DNA of 64,000 nucleotides from an uncultured Verrucomicrobiae bacterium (GCA_963706955.1 CAVPOC010000015.1:35700-99699); one strand, 5' to 3'; positions 20,447-30,612 are shown, counted from the stretch's first letter. Notes: generated by a model not told the origin, from the letters alone. Numbers and translations: made by a program.

Positions 20447-21685
20447 ATGAGCAAGAAGACGCGCAATCACATCATCGCACTTGCGTGCCTGCTCGCTTTT
20501 GTCGCAGTCGGGATGTTATTCTACGTTAACTGGGTAGTTCAAAAGCCTTTTGCAATCATTCTCTTCCTGACGGACAACTTAACTACATCGACACTTGCAG
20601 CATCGCGAATCTACGAGAATGGCGCCGACAATCGGCTCAACCTCGAGAAACTTCCGAACCTGGGTCTTATAACGACGCACGCTGCTGATTTCGCGGTGAG
20701 TGATCCGGCTGCCGCAGCTACCGCGATCGCCACGGGAATAAAGGTCAATAATCGTTCCGTAGGAGTGGATTCTGCAGGCCAGCCGCTCGAAAATTTGTTC
20801 GATCTGGCTAGAAAAGCGGGACGGACCACCGGGCTGATCACCAACGCAGCGATCTCCGATACAACGCCGGCGGCTTTTTACGCAAAATCGGGTAATCCTC
20901 AGGACTCAGAAACCATCGCAGCGCAGCTTGTCGAAACCGCGAATATCGATGTGGTTCTCGGTGGCGGAGAGGCGGACTTTCTCCCGGAACACAAGCAAGG
21001 TCGGCGCCAGGACGGGCGTGATCTGTTGCTCGAGATGCGCCGCAAGGGCTATGACATCGCTCAAAACAAGTCGGAGCTGGAAAATACGCCTGCGTGGCGG
21101 GCACCGAGATTACTCGGCGTTTTCTCGTTCGGTAACCTCGCGTTTGCCGACGAAATCCAATCCGCCGGATCGCAGCCCGATCTTGCCGCAATGGTGCGCG
21201 CTGCGATCCAACTCCTGCAATATAATCGCAAAGGTTATCTGCTGGTGGTCGATGGCGGACTTGCCGGAAAAGCTGCAGCCCAAAACGAGGGAGAACGCAT
21301 GCTGCGAGAATTGATCGCTCTTGACCAAGCCGTCGCCTCGGCAGTCAGTTTTGCTGGCGCGAACTCCCTGATCGTGGTTGCCGGAAAGCAGAGTGTCGGT
21401 GGGCTCCGCTTGAATGGATATCCATTCCGCGATGACAAAGGCGCTTCCGTTGTTGGTATCAATAGCCAGGGCATCCCTTCCATGACGTGGTCAACCGGAC
21501 CCGGAACCGCAGCCTTGGGCACAGGCGAGGCTTCGCCTGCCAGCGAGCCCTCGGCGGTGCCTGCGCCTGTGGCTATTGGCGTAGCGGAAGATGGAATCGT
21601 CGCCGGAGTTGGTCCCGGCTCCGAGCGGCTTCAAGGCTTCAGAGACAACACCGATGTGTATCGGGTCATTTCGCAGAACCTTTAG
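20447..21685 (+). CDS. Alkaline phosphatase-fold protein, membrane-anchored/exported, active site degenerate
   Basis: AP scaffold motifs (IILF, AAAATAIATG, TPAAF, DVVLGGG, RxDGRDL, DNTDV) are present. AGGAG SD precedes ATG 20447. Catalytic Ser and Zn ligands are substituted. Confidence 0.8.
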   Translation: MSKKTRNHIIALACLLAFVAVGMLFYVNWVVQKPFAIILFLTDNLTTSTLAASRIYENGADNRLNLEKLPNLGLITTHAADFAVSDPAAAATAIATGIKVNNRSVGVDSAGQPLENLFDLARKAGRTTGLITNAAISDTTPAAFYAKSGNPQDSETIAAQLVETANIDVVLGGGEADFLPEHKQGRRQDGRDLLLEMRRKGYDIAQNKSELENTPAWRAPRLLGVFSFGNLAFADEIQSAGSQPDLAAMVRAAIQLLQYNRKGYLLVVDGGLAGKAAAQNEGERMLRELIALDQAVASAVSFAGANSLIVVAGKQSVGGLRLNGYPFRDDKGASVVGINSQGIPSMTWSTGPGTAALGTGEASPASEPSAVPAPVAIGVAEDGIVAGVGPGSERLQGFRDNTDVYRVISQNL

Positions 21686-21700
21686 GAAAATCAGCCTGCC

Positions 21701-22114
21701 TTAAGCTCCGTAGCTCTTGGAGAACTTCTTCTTGCTGTCCGAAGCCTCTTCCGACGCCACACCCGGTTCGGCGGTGCTGGCGGCCGTTTCGGCGGCGGAG
21801 GCGGCCGGAGGCGTAGGTGGCGGGGATGAAGACGCTGCATGGGCGGCCTGCACATACGCCATCTCCAAATCCGAAAGCACGCTGTTGAGAATCTCTTTCT
21901 CCTCATTGGTCAGATTGCCGCGCGTCTTTTCACGTATCATCTCGAGATGGTCGATAAAGAGCTTTGCTGGCTCGAGCAGAATCTCGCTCTTACCCGAGTG
22001 CGGGCTCGGTATGCGACCGAGAAAAAGCGATGCTTGTTGCGCCTGCATCATCACAAACTCAATGAATCTCTGTGACATTTCGCCCGATTGAGTGGATTTC
22101 TGAACTTCAGCCAT
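21701..22114 (-). CDS. DUF1844 domain protein
   Basis: LGRIPSP...AKLFIDHLEMIREKTRGNLTxEE...LEMAYV pattern. Confidence 0.8.
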   Translation of the reverse strand: MAEVQKSTQSGEMSQRFIEFVMMQAQQASLFLGRIPSPHSGKSEILLEPAKLFIDHLEMIREKTRGNLTNEEKEILNSVLSDLEMAYVQAAHAASSSPPPTPPAASAAETAASTAEPGVASEEASDSKKKFSKSYGA

Positions 22115-22116
22115 GG

Positions 22117-24756
22117 TCAGGATTGAGGATTCTTTTTTTGAGTCGCGGCCGTCGTCCCAGGCGGTCGCACGACGACCTCGACGCGCGAAGATGTCCCGAA
22201 GTATTTCGCGGCAGCATCGCGCACATCACTAATCGTCGCCCGCTCGACCTGGTCACGTCGGCGGAGGTAATTGTCGAAGCCCAAACCAACCAGTTCATCA
22301 ACGGCGACAGTGGCGGCAAAGGCGGAATTGCTTTGGTTTCGGATTGCCTCAGAACCAAGAAGCTTTTTCTTTGCGCGAGCAAGTTCTTCTTCGGTAAGCC
22401 CGTCCTTTGACAAGGCTTCGATTTCCTGATGGAGCTCTGCGGTCACGGCTTCCACTTTCTTCGGATCGGTGCCCAAAAAGAAGACGAATGAACCGGGCGC
22501 CAAACCGGCGAAGTTTCCCGCCCCTACGAAATAGGCAAGACCCATCTGCTCGCGGATTCTATTAAAAAAGCGCGAGCCCAAATCGTTGGAGGCTTCATTG
22601 AGCAAATCGAGGAGGGTGCGATCCGGGCTGAGGACGTCAGCGCCAGGATAGCCGATCATCACGACCGCTTGTTGCTTGTTGCGCTCTTCGACAACGCTGA
22701 CCGGTGCATTCGGAGCGACCGGCCTTGGCGGGTCTGATAACGCCAGTTGGCCAGCCGGCATGGCGCCGAAATTCTTTTCGACGAGGCGCAGGACTTCCTC
22801 AGCCTTGACATCGCCAAAGACAGCGAGGACGCCATTTTGGGCAACAATGAGATTGTCTTTGAATGCTGTTAACTCCGCGGGCGAGAGCTTTTGGATGGCT
22901 TCGACGCGCCCGCTCGTGCGCAGTGCGTACGGGTGTTTGTCGAAGAGTTTCTCGCGGAGAACATTTCGCGCCACTGACGTGATTTGTTCGTCCTCTGCCT
23001 TGATGGCAGCAATTTGAGCCGCCTTCTCGAGTTCGACCTCTTTCTCGGGAAAAGTGGGATTCTCGAGAATGTCGGCCAGCACTTCGAGACCGAGCGACAG
23101 ATCAGGCTTCATCACCTCGACACTCAAACTGAAACTATTGTTGCCATTGTCCGAGCCGATTCGACCGCCTGCACCTTCGACCTGCTCGGCGATCTGCACC
23201 GCCGTCCGGTTTTTGGTTCCTTTCAGGAGCGCGCGGGAAAGGAGTCTGGTGATGCCGTTGTTCTCAAGATTTTCAGCCAGCAGCCCGCCGCGAAAGCCAG
23301 CATAAATAGAAACCAGCGGCAATCTTGGATCCTCCCGCACGAGTAAACGCAACCCGTTTGGAAGAACGAATTTTTTCACCTCGGACTTGACGGCCTTTGT
23401 CTCGGCAGCGCCCGGGGTAGTTGATGATCCAGTTGGATTGAGAGAAGTGACATTCAGCCTATCATCACGCAGATATTTTTGCGCCACGCGCTGGAGATCT
23501 GCGGTCGTTACCCGAGCGATCGCATCGAGGTAATCCTTGCTGAAATTGATATTCCTGGTCAGGAGCCAGTTCGAGCCCAGATCGGAAGCTTTGCCCCGCA
23601 TGGTGGAAAGGCCCGCCAACTGGTTTGCAAGCATCGAGCGGCGGGCCTTGTCGAGTTCGGCCTGTGTCCCGCCAGTTTGCTTGATCTGCTCCAGGACGGC
23701 GAGGGCCTCTTTCTCTACCGCTGAGCGTTGCCCAGGATCGCAAAGGGCTTGAATGACAAAGACCCCGTCGGTCTGCAACGAAAACACTCCCGAGTCGATC
23801 GCGTGAACGATCTGCTGCTTCTCCCGAAGCTCCTGATTCAAAAGCGAGCTCCGCCCGGAGCCGAGCACATCGCCGAGGAGTTCCAGCGCCGGCGTGTCAG
23901 GGTCAGTGAGTCCAGGAACGCGCCAGGCCAGCGAGAGGCGCGTTAGCTCTGTGGCAAACTCTTCGTGCGCATCGCGGCGTCCGATCTGCTCCGGTTCGCT
24001 TGCAATGTAAAGCGGCTCCACCGGCTGCCGTGAATAATCTTTGAAGGCCTGCTCAACTTGTTCTCGAATCTTCTCAGCGTCCACATCGCCCGCGACGACA
24101 AAGGTGAGATTATTCGGCGCATATCGCGACTTGTAATATTCCATGACATCATCGCGCTTGAGTTTGTTGTAAACATCAAGATATCCGATAATTGGATGCC
24201 CAAAGGGGCTCTCGGAGAAGACCGTCCGAAGCATAAGCTGCGAGCTCTGGCGGCCCGGATCATCAAATCCCATGGCGAACTCTCGGCGAATAACTTCCTG
24301 TTCCTTGACGTATTCGTCTTCCGGCAGGGTCGAATTCATCATCGCGTCGGCAAGAATGGTGACCGCCTCGGAAACACCCTCCGAAGGAACATCGATCCAA
24401 TACACCGTTCGATCGAAACTGGTATATGCGTTGATATAGCCGCCGCGATCCTGAACTTGCCGTGCAATGTCTCCTGCTTTGCGATCCCGCGTGCCCTTAA
24501 AGAGCATGTGCTCAAGAATGTGCGAGAGGCCCGCTCCCATCCATTTACCCTCGTCGATACTGCCGGTAGCACACCAGGCTTGCACACTCGCCACAGGGGC
24601 GCTGTGGTCCTCCTCAATGATCAGCGTAAGTCCATTCTCCAACGTAAAAACCCGTGCGGTGCTCTCCGGCAAAACGGGGACTGGGGGAGGAGAATCCTTC
24701 GCGGGAGCGTGAGCTAGCGTCATCAGAAGAGAAACGAGAAGAAAAACGGACTTCAT
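22117..24756 (-). CDS. M16 (pitrilysin/insulinase) zinc peptidase with signal peptide
   Basis: HILEH inverted zinc motif and NAYTS; two-module architecture with a second LPNGL repeat. Confidence 0.92.
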   Translation of the reverse strand: MKSVFLLVSLLMTLAHAPAKDSPPPVPVLPESTARVFTLENGLTLIIEEDHSAPVASVQAWCATGSIDEGKWMGAGLSHILEHMLFKGTRDRKAGDIARQVQDRGGYINAYTSFDRTVYWIDVPSEGVSEAVTILADAMMNSTLPEDEYVKEQEVIRREFAMGFDDPGRQSSQLMLRTVFSESPFGHPIIGYLDVYNKLKRDDVMEYYKSRYAPNNLTFVVAGDVDAEKIREQVEQAFKDYSRQPVEPLYIASEPEQIGRRDAHEEFATELTRLSLAWRVPGLTDPDTPALELLGDVLGSGRSSLLNQELREKQQIVHAIDSGVFSLQTDGVFVIQALCDPGQRSAVEKEALAVLEQIKQTGGTQAELDKARRSMLANQLAGLSTMRGKASDLGSNWLLTRNINFSKDYLDAIARVTTADLQRVAQKYLRDDRLNVTSLNPTGSSTTPGAAETKAVKSEVKKFVLPNGLRLLVREDPRLPLVSIYAGFRGGLLAENLENNGITRLLSRALLKGTKNRTAVQIAEQVEGAGGRIGSDNGNNSFSLSVEVMKPDLSLGLEVLADILENPTFPEKEVELEKAAQIAAIKAEDEQITSVARNVLREKLFDKHPYALRTSGRVEAIQKLSPAELTAFKDNLIVAQNGVLAVFGDVKAEEVLRLVEKNFGAMPAGQLALSDPPRPVAPNAPVSVVEERNKQQAVVMIGYPGADVLSPDRTLLDLLNEASNDLGSRFFNRIREQMGLAYFVGAGNFAGLAPGSFVFFLGTDPKKVEAVTAELHQEIEALSKDGLTEEELARAKKKLLGSEAIRNQSNSAFAATVAVDELVGLGFDNYLRRRDQVERATISDVRDAAAKYFGTSSRVEVVVRPPGTTAATQKKNPQS

Positions 24757-25184
24757 GCTTTCTTTCCGACAACGCCGGAGCCAATTGCGCTCAATTTCTC
24801 CGGAGCTGGGCGGAAAGGCAGCACGAAAGCTTCCAGAAAATCATAGCCTTCGCGAAAGCTCTCGGGAGTGTCCTCATCGGTCTTCCCGAATATTCCCACG
24901 TGAACAAGATTGAAAACCATGTTGCCGATATCATCAGTGGAGCGCAGACCCCAATAGTCAAAGACGGTGATGGCCATCGGACCGAACTCTTGTAAAGCGT
25001 GCAACCGAAATCCCTCGAGCAGTTCGGTAGCGGCCACATGGCCTGATGCATCCTTGCGAGCCTTCTTTCGCCGCTTCAGCGTAGCCTCGAGTGCGTCACG
25101 CAAGAAAATGTAGGCGTCGGCATGGTATCGAGGATCGGTGATCAAAACTCGCTCGAGCGCCTCTTGGAATCCAATTGCCTGCAT
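24753..25184 (-). CDS. Minf_1886 family protein (Verrucomicrobia/Planctomycetes-restricted)
   Basis: DPRY..AY.F...AL...HV...ELL.G.R..A...FGPMA..V...WG....D.G..VFNL pattern; ATGA overlap with the M16 gene. Confidence 0.78.
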   Translation of the reverse strand: MQAIGFQEALERVLITDPRYHADAYIFLRDALEATLKRRKKARKDASGHVAATELLEGFRLHALQEFGPMAITVFDYWGLRSTDDIGNMVFNLVHVGIFGKTDEDTPESFREGYDFLEAFVLPFRPAPEKLSAIGSGVVGKKA

Positions 25185-25185
25185 A

Positions 25186-25323
25186 TTACTGACGAAGTTC
25201 GAGACCAGCTTGCAAGGGAGCCAGAGCTCGCTCACTGCGCCAGTGCTTGACAGCTAAGCCGGCACAAAAGGCAAGTAAAACGAAGGCGACCAGGGTTTGT
25301 TCCCTGCGGGTGAGTGAAAACAT
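25186..25323 (-). CDS. Small single-TM protein (45 aa)
   Basis: MFSLTRREQTLVAFVLLAFCAGLAVKHWR...; GGAG just before the ATG; fills the operon gap and ends 1 nt before the next start. Confidence 0.6.
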   Translation of the reverse strand: MFSLTRREQTLVAFVLLAFCAGLAVKHWRSERALAPLQAGLELRQ

Positions 25324-25373
25324 TTCTCCAGAAAATAGCGAGGCGGGCCGGTCGTGCAAGTGCGCAAGAACAT

Positions 25374-26681
25374 CTACCATCCCCGCACCTCGATATCGTC
25401 GAGATAACGACTCACGGCATCGTTGCGGTGAAAAGTAAGGGCGTTCGATTGCGAGTCGACTGCCGAATCAAACTCCTTGCTGGGCGTGCTCAATTGGGCC
25501 GCCTCAAACCAGTTAAGGTAATCTTCCATTTCGTCGGCGCGTTTGACGACCGCTTGTTGCAGCTGCATGTTTTTTCGAATTCTGACTTCGAGCTTTTTCT
25601 TCGGCTTTGCGGCGAGTTCGCTGGCAACCATGCGGTACTCTTGGACAATCGGACGGATGAGCGGGTGGGCCCTGATTTCTAGCCGCAGTAGGTCCTCAGC
25701 CTTCTGGCGGACGACATAGCGCCCAGTCTTCGATTTGGCCACAGCCGGAAACGCTTCCGGGCCGTTTAGAGTGCCGCCCTTCGGCTTCGCCGGGTTCACT
25801 GGCGCCGTGATTTCAAGAATAAGGCTAAGCCTTCGCTCTGTTTCCTTCACACTGAGAGGAGTTACGCGATTGGCTGCGGAAGCATCTGCCAGACTAAGCG
25901 TCCAGACCTTCGATACCATCACGGGATCGTCGGCAAGAGACGGAAACTTCTTCAGCAACTCAGCGCCCTCGCTGGTATTAAGTGAAGACAAGTTGGCGCA
26001 GTAATCGGCGAGATGCTTGGCTCCATCGGGACTGCTGAGGAGTGCACGCAAGAGCCCGAGGGCCTTTGCCCGATAGATTGCGTGCGAGGTGGCGTCGAGC
26101 ATCTCTGGCCGCTCTTTCAAGAAGGCCGTTAAGTCGGGGGAATCTTTCGCATTGATAAGCCGCTCATAGACGCTGACGTCGACTCCCTCTTCGCGCGCAA
26201 TCACATCCTCGAACAAGCCTTCCACCAGCCAAGCCGGCGGTTGGTGAAGCGCTTTCCCCGCCTTGGCCAAAACATTCCGATAGCCAAATTCCAAAAACAA
26301 CGCTCTGTAGACCTCCAGGTCGAAATCCGACCCTTTCAATGCCGCCGTATCGCCAACATCGATCTGAATCTTTGAGGCACCGCCATCGCTCTCGTAGAGC
26401 GCCGTCCGAATGCGAGGAGAATTCGAGCCGCTGATCGCGAGCACTTGGACAATGATGGGCGATTTCCATTCGTCGCTCAATCTCAAGCGGCGCAGCCACT
26501 GATTTTTTAGGTCTTCGGCTCGCTGCGCCAGGCGCGATCTCAGCCCACGATCCGAGTGATAGATGACAAACTGTTGCGACGAACTAACGGAGCGCTGCAA
26601 GGGCGCCGGTGGATCGGACTTGGTCTGGGCAAAGACTGAGAGCGAACCGAGTATTGCCGGCCAAAGCAGCAAGCCACGCAC
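25374..26681 (-). CDS. Exported hypothetical protein with a peptidase-MA-like PxWLxEG motif
   Basis: 435-aa ORF with signal peptide and PPAWLVEGL; co-oriented in the operon. Confidence 0.7.
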   Translation of the reverse strand: MRGLLLWPAILGSLSVFAQTKSDPPAPLQRSVSSSQQFVIYHSDRGLRSRLAQRAEDLKNQWLRRLRLSDEWKSPIIVQVLAISGSNSPRIRTALYESDGGASKIQIDVGDTAALKGSDFDLEVYRALFLEFGYRNVLAKAGKALHQPPAWLVEGLFEDVIAREEGVDVSVYERLINAKDSPDLTAFLKERPEMLDATSHAIYRAKALGLLRALLSSPDGAKHLADYCANLSSLNTSEGAELLKKFPSLADDPVMVSKVWTLSLADASAANRVTPLSVKETERRLSLILEITAPVNPAKPKGGTLNGPEAFPAVAKSKTGRYVVRQKAEDLLRLEIRAHPLIRPIVQEYRMVASELAAKPKKKLEVRIRKNMQLQQAVVKRADEMEDYLNWFEAAQLSTPSKEFDSAVDSQSNALTFHRNDAVSRYLDDIEVRGW

Positions 26682-27454
26682 TACTGAGCGCCCGATTTGC
26701 GAGCTTTCCAGCTCAACTTGGCCATCGATGGAGTAAAGAGAACTTCGTCCGCCGACTCCAAAACCGTGACTGCTTCCGACGTAGAGGCAATTACCGGACG
26801 CATGATCCCCTCGAGCAAAGGCATCAACCGCGGGCTTATCGGCATCCGTCCAATACCGCCTCCAGTCACCCTCATGCTCGCCTTTCCTCCTGTCGCCTCC
26901 GGTGCTGTGATCAGATACATATAGATCGGCCAGCCGAAGAGTCGCTGCTCGACAAAAAATTTCAACTCGCCGGACCGAATCACGATGAACGCGCGGCTGA
27001 AATCCGCGCGGAAAATTGAATTACTGGTTGTCGGGTCAGGAACGATGCTGGCCGCGAGGTAGTTGTTCGCTTGCGCTTGGGAAATATCGATGGTCCTGGC
27101 GTAATTGCTTCCGGAGAGCACCTGCACCGTATGCAGCAATTGACCCGCCTGCACTTCGTTGGCGGCCTGTGCCGGAGGAACATCGTCTGGCTGGCGAGCC
27201 ATTTGAATCAAAGCAGCCAAAATCGCAGCGAGGATCGCCGTGGAGACGAGTCCTCGAATAAACCCGAATATCGCGGCCGCTATTCCTGTGGTTGCGGCAC
27301 GGCCTCGGAACCGTGGTGCCGCAGGCACCTTCGTCGGCGCGGAGATTGTTGGCTCATCGCTGGCCCCGCGCTCCAAGCGCGCGCCACACTCCTGACAGAA
27401 CACGCGGGTCGAATCATTTTCGTGGCCGCACTGGCTACATTTGACGCTCTTCAC
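26681..27454 (-). CDS. Zinc-ribbon membrane protein
   Basis: N-terminal CxxC...FCxxCG followed by a TM helix. Confidence 0.75.
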   Translation of the reverse strand: MKSVKCSQCGHENDSTRVFCQECGARLERGASDEPTISAPTKVPAAPRFRGRAATTGIAAAIFGFIRGLVSTAILAAILAALIQMARQPDDVPPAQAANEVQAGQLLHTVQVLSGSNYARTIDISQAQANNYLAASIVPDPTTSNSIFRADFSRAFIVIRSGELKFFVEQRLFGWPIYMYLITAPEATGGKASMRVTGGGIGRMPISPRLMPLLEGIMRPVIASTSEAVTVLESADEVLFTPSMAKLSWKARKSGAQ

Positions 27455-27795
27455 TCCTGGGAAGATTTTGCCGGCTTGGAAGTTTCCGCCCCCTTTTTCT
27501 CGGTCGTTTTCTCGGTCGACTTCGTCTCCGCAGGCTTCGCGCTTTCGCCGGCGACACCGCCTTCCTTTTTCGCGGCCTGTTTGTAACCTTCGCTTCGGTA
27601 ATCGGTGATATAAAAGCCACTTCCCTTGAAAATTAAACCTGCGCCGGTTCCCAGTAGGCGGCGGACTTTCCCCTTACCCCATCTTTTCATGCGGCACTGG
27701 GCTTCTGGACAGATAGTGAAAGCATTATCCTTCATGGACTGAAAGACCTCGAAAGTCTTCCGGCACTTTTCACATTCGTATTCGTAGGTCGGCAT
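27451..27795 (-). CDS. FmdB family zinc-ribbon protein
   Basis: MPTYEYECxxC...C...C...FKGSGFYITDY with a low-complexity tail. Confidence 0.9.
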   Translation of the reverse strand: MPTYEYECEKCRKTFEVFQSMKDNAFTICPEAQCRMKRWGKGKVRRLLGTGAGLIFKGSGFYITDYRSEGYKQAAKKEGGVAGESAKPAETKSTEKTTEKKGAETSKPAKSSQE

Positions 27796-27807
27796 CTTCC
27801 AGATGGT

Positions 27808-27835
27808 ATTATCCGGAATTCAGTGTTTTGTGCAA
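27808..27835 (-). promoter_or_regulatory. Putative sigma70 promoter of the FmdB-DUF1844 operon
   Basis: Minus strand TTGCAC-16 nt-GATAAT, 12 nt upstream of the ATG. Confidence 0.3.
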
Positions 27836-27889
27836 TCCTCTCCCTGTCGGCTTGACGTTTTTACAATCCCTGCTCTTTTTCTACGGCGC

Positions 27890-28510
27890 ATGAGATATTC
27901 GGACGCGCTTCGTCACGTCACTGCTGCCACTATCATCGCATTCACCCTGGGAGCCTGCGCCAGCTACGACCCCCGGCTAAATGATCGAAATACCGTCTAC
28001 CTCGGCGCCGGTGGGCCCGTTATCGATCCCTCGGTAAAGGAAAGCCTCGCCCTTAAGAAATCCTACTGGGACGATAGTGGCATTACTGGTCCTCCTTCCA
28101 TTGTCATCAACCTGACCAAGCAGACGGCCTCCTTCTACAAGGGGAGCAAACTGGTTGGCGTCTCGGCGATTTCCAGCGGACGAGAAGGCTTCGACACGCC
28201 CGCGGGCAGTTTCAAGATCATGCAGAAGGATTTTGCCCACGCCTCAAACCTCTATGGGGACTACGTCGATACCGCCGGAAATGTCGTCGTCAAAAACGTG
28301 GACGTAAAGAAAGACCCGCGCCCGACCGGCGCAACATTCCGCGGTGCGCCGATGCCATACTTCATGCGCATTACTGGCGGAGTCGGTATGCATCAGGGCT
28401 TTCTCCCAGGCGTTCCCGATAGCCACGGCTGCATTCGCATGCCGGAGAAAATGGCGCGGCTTTACTGGGATAACGCACCGCTAGGCACTCCCGTTATCGT
28501 GGAGCATTGA
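27890..28510 (+). CDS. L,D-transpeptidase (YkuD/ErfK) family lipoprotein
   Basis: Lipobox LGAC; ISSG, TP.G, MPYFMR and H...SHGCIR catalytic motif. Confidence 0.9.
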   Translation: MRYSDALRHVTAATIIAFTLGACASYDPRLNDRNTVYLGAGGPVIDPSVKESLALKKSYWDDSGITGPPSIVINLTKQTASFYKGSKLVGVSAISSGREGFDTPAGSFKIMQKDFAHASNLYGDYVDTAGNVVVKNVDVKKDPRPTGATFRGAPMPYFMRITGGVGMHQGFLPGVPDSHGCIRMPEKMARLYWDNAPLGTPVIVEH

Positions 28511-28514
28511 TCCG

Positions 28515-28532
28515 ACAGGGATTACCTGTTTT
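28515..28532 (+). terminator. Possible intrinsic terminator
   Basis: ACAGG-GATTA-CCTGT hairpin followed by TTT immediately after the LD-transpeptidase stop; the stem is short. Confidence 0.35.
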
Positions 28533-28602
28533 GTGTATGATTTAGCTGTAAGTATATCCCGTATGGGCACTAAGTTCTTTCGCTTCGACTGCTCGCAGCG
28601 AG

Positions 28603-30612
28603 TTAGAACGGGTCGCCGGAGGGGGGCTTGGCTGTCGAGATTTCCCAAGCCTCAAGCAAGTTTTCCGGGACTTCCATGAGGAAACGCGAGGGTCTTTGTA
28701 GCGCCTCAGAGTAACCTGCGTTCAGCCTTCTTTCCGGAAAAGTCATGTAGAGTTCGTCTTTACAGCGCGTTATCCCGACATAGAAGAGCCTTCGCTCCTC
28801 TTCGAGTGACTCAGGATTTGCGAGGGTGCGCGACGCTGGAAACATGCCTTCAGATAGCCAGATCAAAAAGACTACTTTCCACTCGAGGCCTTTGGCCTGA
28901 TGAAGCGTCGAAAGTGTAACTTTCTCCAATTCGGGTTCACCGTAAAATGTCTCCGCAGTTTCAACGGCTCCCAGGAGCGCAAGTTGGGAGAGAAAGTCCT
29001 CGGGACTCTCGAACTCGCGTGCGAATGCCGCGAGGGTGTCAATATCCTGTTGTCGCGCCTCGTAATTGGCAAACTTGGTTTTCATGTAGTCGTCGTAGAT
29101 GGCGTAGCCAACGCTCTCGATCATTTTGGCAGGCGGCAGCAGACCGCTTGCCGGCGCGAGCTCCATCATCGTATTCACGAACTGCCGCCAAGCCTCCTGT
29201 GCTTTGGCGGGCGGCCGGACCGCATCCATTTGTGAGAACTCACGCTGTCCCTCGAGTTGAGCACTGACCCGGCTCCAAAGTGACTCGGCTGCTTTCGGAC
29301 CAATCCCTGGGAAGAGCTTGACGATGCGCTTGAACGCAGTCTCGTCGCGAGGATTGACCGCAAATTTCAAGAATGCGGCTACGTCTTTGATGTGCGCCTG
29401 CTCAAAAAAACGTAGCCCGCTGGTGATCGTGAATGGGATCCCTCGTCGCGTGAATTCGAGCTGAACCTCCATCGAGTGATAGTGCGCGCGATAAAGTATG
29501 GCAATTTCGTGGAGATCGACACCTTCTTCATGCAACTCAAGCACTCGCTGAGCAACAAACGCCGCTTGTTGCGAGTTCGTCGAGAGCGACACCACGGCGG
29601 GGCGCAGCGCATGGGAGCGACGCGCAGCGACAAGCGTCTTCCTGAACTGCGCCTCGTTCGCCTGAATAGCCGCATTAGCAACCTCGAGGACCTCGGGAAC
29701 GCTCCGGTAATTCGTCTCGATCTTGAAAACTTGCGCTTCCCGATGCTTCTCGGGAAATTTCAGGATGTTCTCGAAGTTTGCGCCACGCCAGGAGTAAATG
29801 CTCTGGGCGTCGTCACCCACGACCATGATGTTGCCGTGGCGGCTGGCAATCAGTTCGACAAGTTCGTCTTGGAGGTGATTAGTGTCCTGATATTCATCCA
29901 CAAGGATATGCTCAAACTTTTCTTGGTAGAGCGCAGCGACATCATCCGCTGTGCGGAAAAGTTCCAAGGTCTTCGAAAGAAGATCGTCGAAGTCCATGGC
30001 GTTCGCCTCTTTCTTGCGGACTTCATAGACGCTCTGCGCACGGGCGATCTGCTCGGCAAGAGGTAAAAAATACTGGTATTTTGTCGTAAGCAATCTGGCA
30101 ATCGAAGAGCCCGTGTTCACCCGATAGCTGAAAATATCGGCCAATACCTCTGGCTTCGGAAATCGTCGATCAGTTGTTCGCAGTCCCTCTCGGGCAAGGA
30201 TGCTGGCGATCAGTTCATTCTGATCCTCGCGATCCATGATCGTGAAGCTCTGCCGGAACCCTAAGCGCTCGGCGTGCCGTCGGAGAATGCGGTTGCCAAT
30301 CGAGTGGAACGTTCCTCCCCAGAGGCCGACGGCGCCCTGCGGCAGCAGCGATGCGACGCGATCAAGCATTTCCCGAGCCGCCTTGTTCGTAAATGTCAGT
30401 AGGAGGATGCGGCCGGCAGGCACCCCCTGTTCCAGGAGCCACGCTACCCGGTAAGTTAAAGTTCGCGTCTTACCGCTTCCCGCGCCAGCGATAACCAAGG
30501 CGGCGCCGGGCGCTGACGTGACCGCCGCGAGCTGCTGCGCATTGAGCTCAGCTGCATAGTCGATACCGGTCGAAGCGCCACCGGGTAAATCGAGGGTGTA
30601 ATGTCTCGCCAC
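28603..30612 (-). CDS. UvrD/PcrA/Rep family ATP-dependent DNA helicase
   Basis: AGAGSGKT, TFTNKAA, VDEYQD, VGDDAQSIY, NYRS, HQAKGLE and EERRLFYV motifs. Confidence 0.94.
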   Translation of the reverse strand: MARHYTLDLPGGASTGIDYAAELNAQQLAAVTSAPGAALVIAGAGSGKTRTLTYRVAWLLEQGVPAGRILLLTFTNKAAREMLDRVASLLPQGAVGLWGGTFHSIGNRILRRHAERLGFRQSFTIMDREDQNELIASILAREGLRTTDRRFPKPEVLADIFSYRVNTGSSIARLLTTKYQYFLPLAEQIARAQSVYEVRKKEANAMDFDDLLSKTLELFRTADDVAALYQEKFEHILVDEYQDTNHLQDELVELIASRHGNIMVVGDDAQSIYSWRGANFENILKFPEKHREAQVFKIETNYRSVPEVLEVANAAIQANEAQFRKTLVAARRSHALRPAVVSLSTNSQQAAFVAQRVLELHEEGVDLHEIAILYRAHYHSMEVQLEFTRRGIPFTITSGLRFFEQAHIKDVAAFLKFAVNPRDETAFKRIVKLFPGIGPKAAESLWSRVSAQLEGQREFSQMDAVRPPAKAQEAWRQFVNTMMELAPASGLLPPAKMIESVGYAIYDDYMKTKFANYEARQQDIDTLAAFAREFESPEDFLSQLALLGAVETAETFYGEPELEKVTLSTLHQAKGLEWKVVFLIWLSEGMFPASRTLANPESLEEERRLFYVGITRCKDELYMTFPERRLNAGYSEALQRPSRFLMEVPENLLEAWEISTAKPPSGDPF

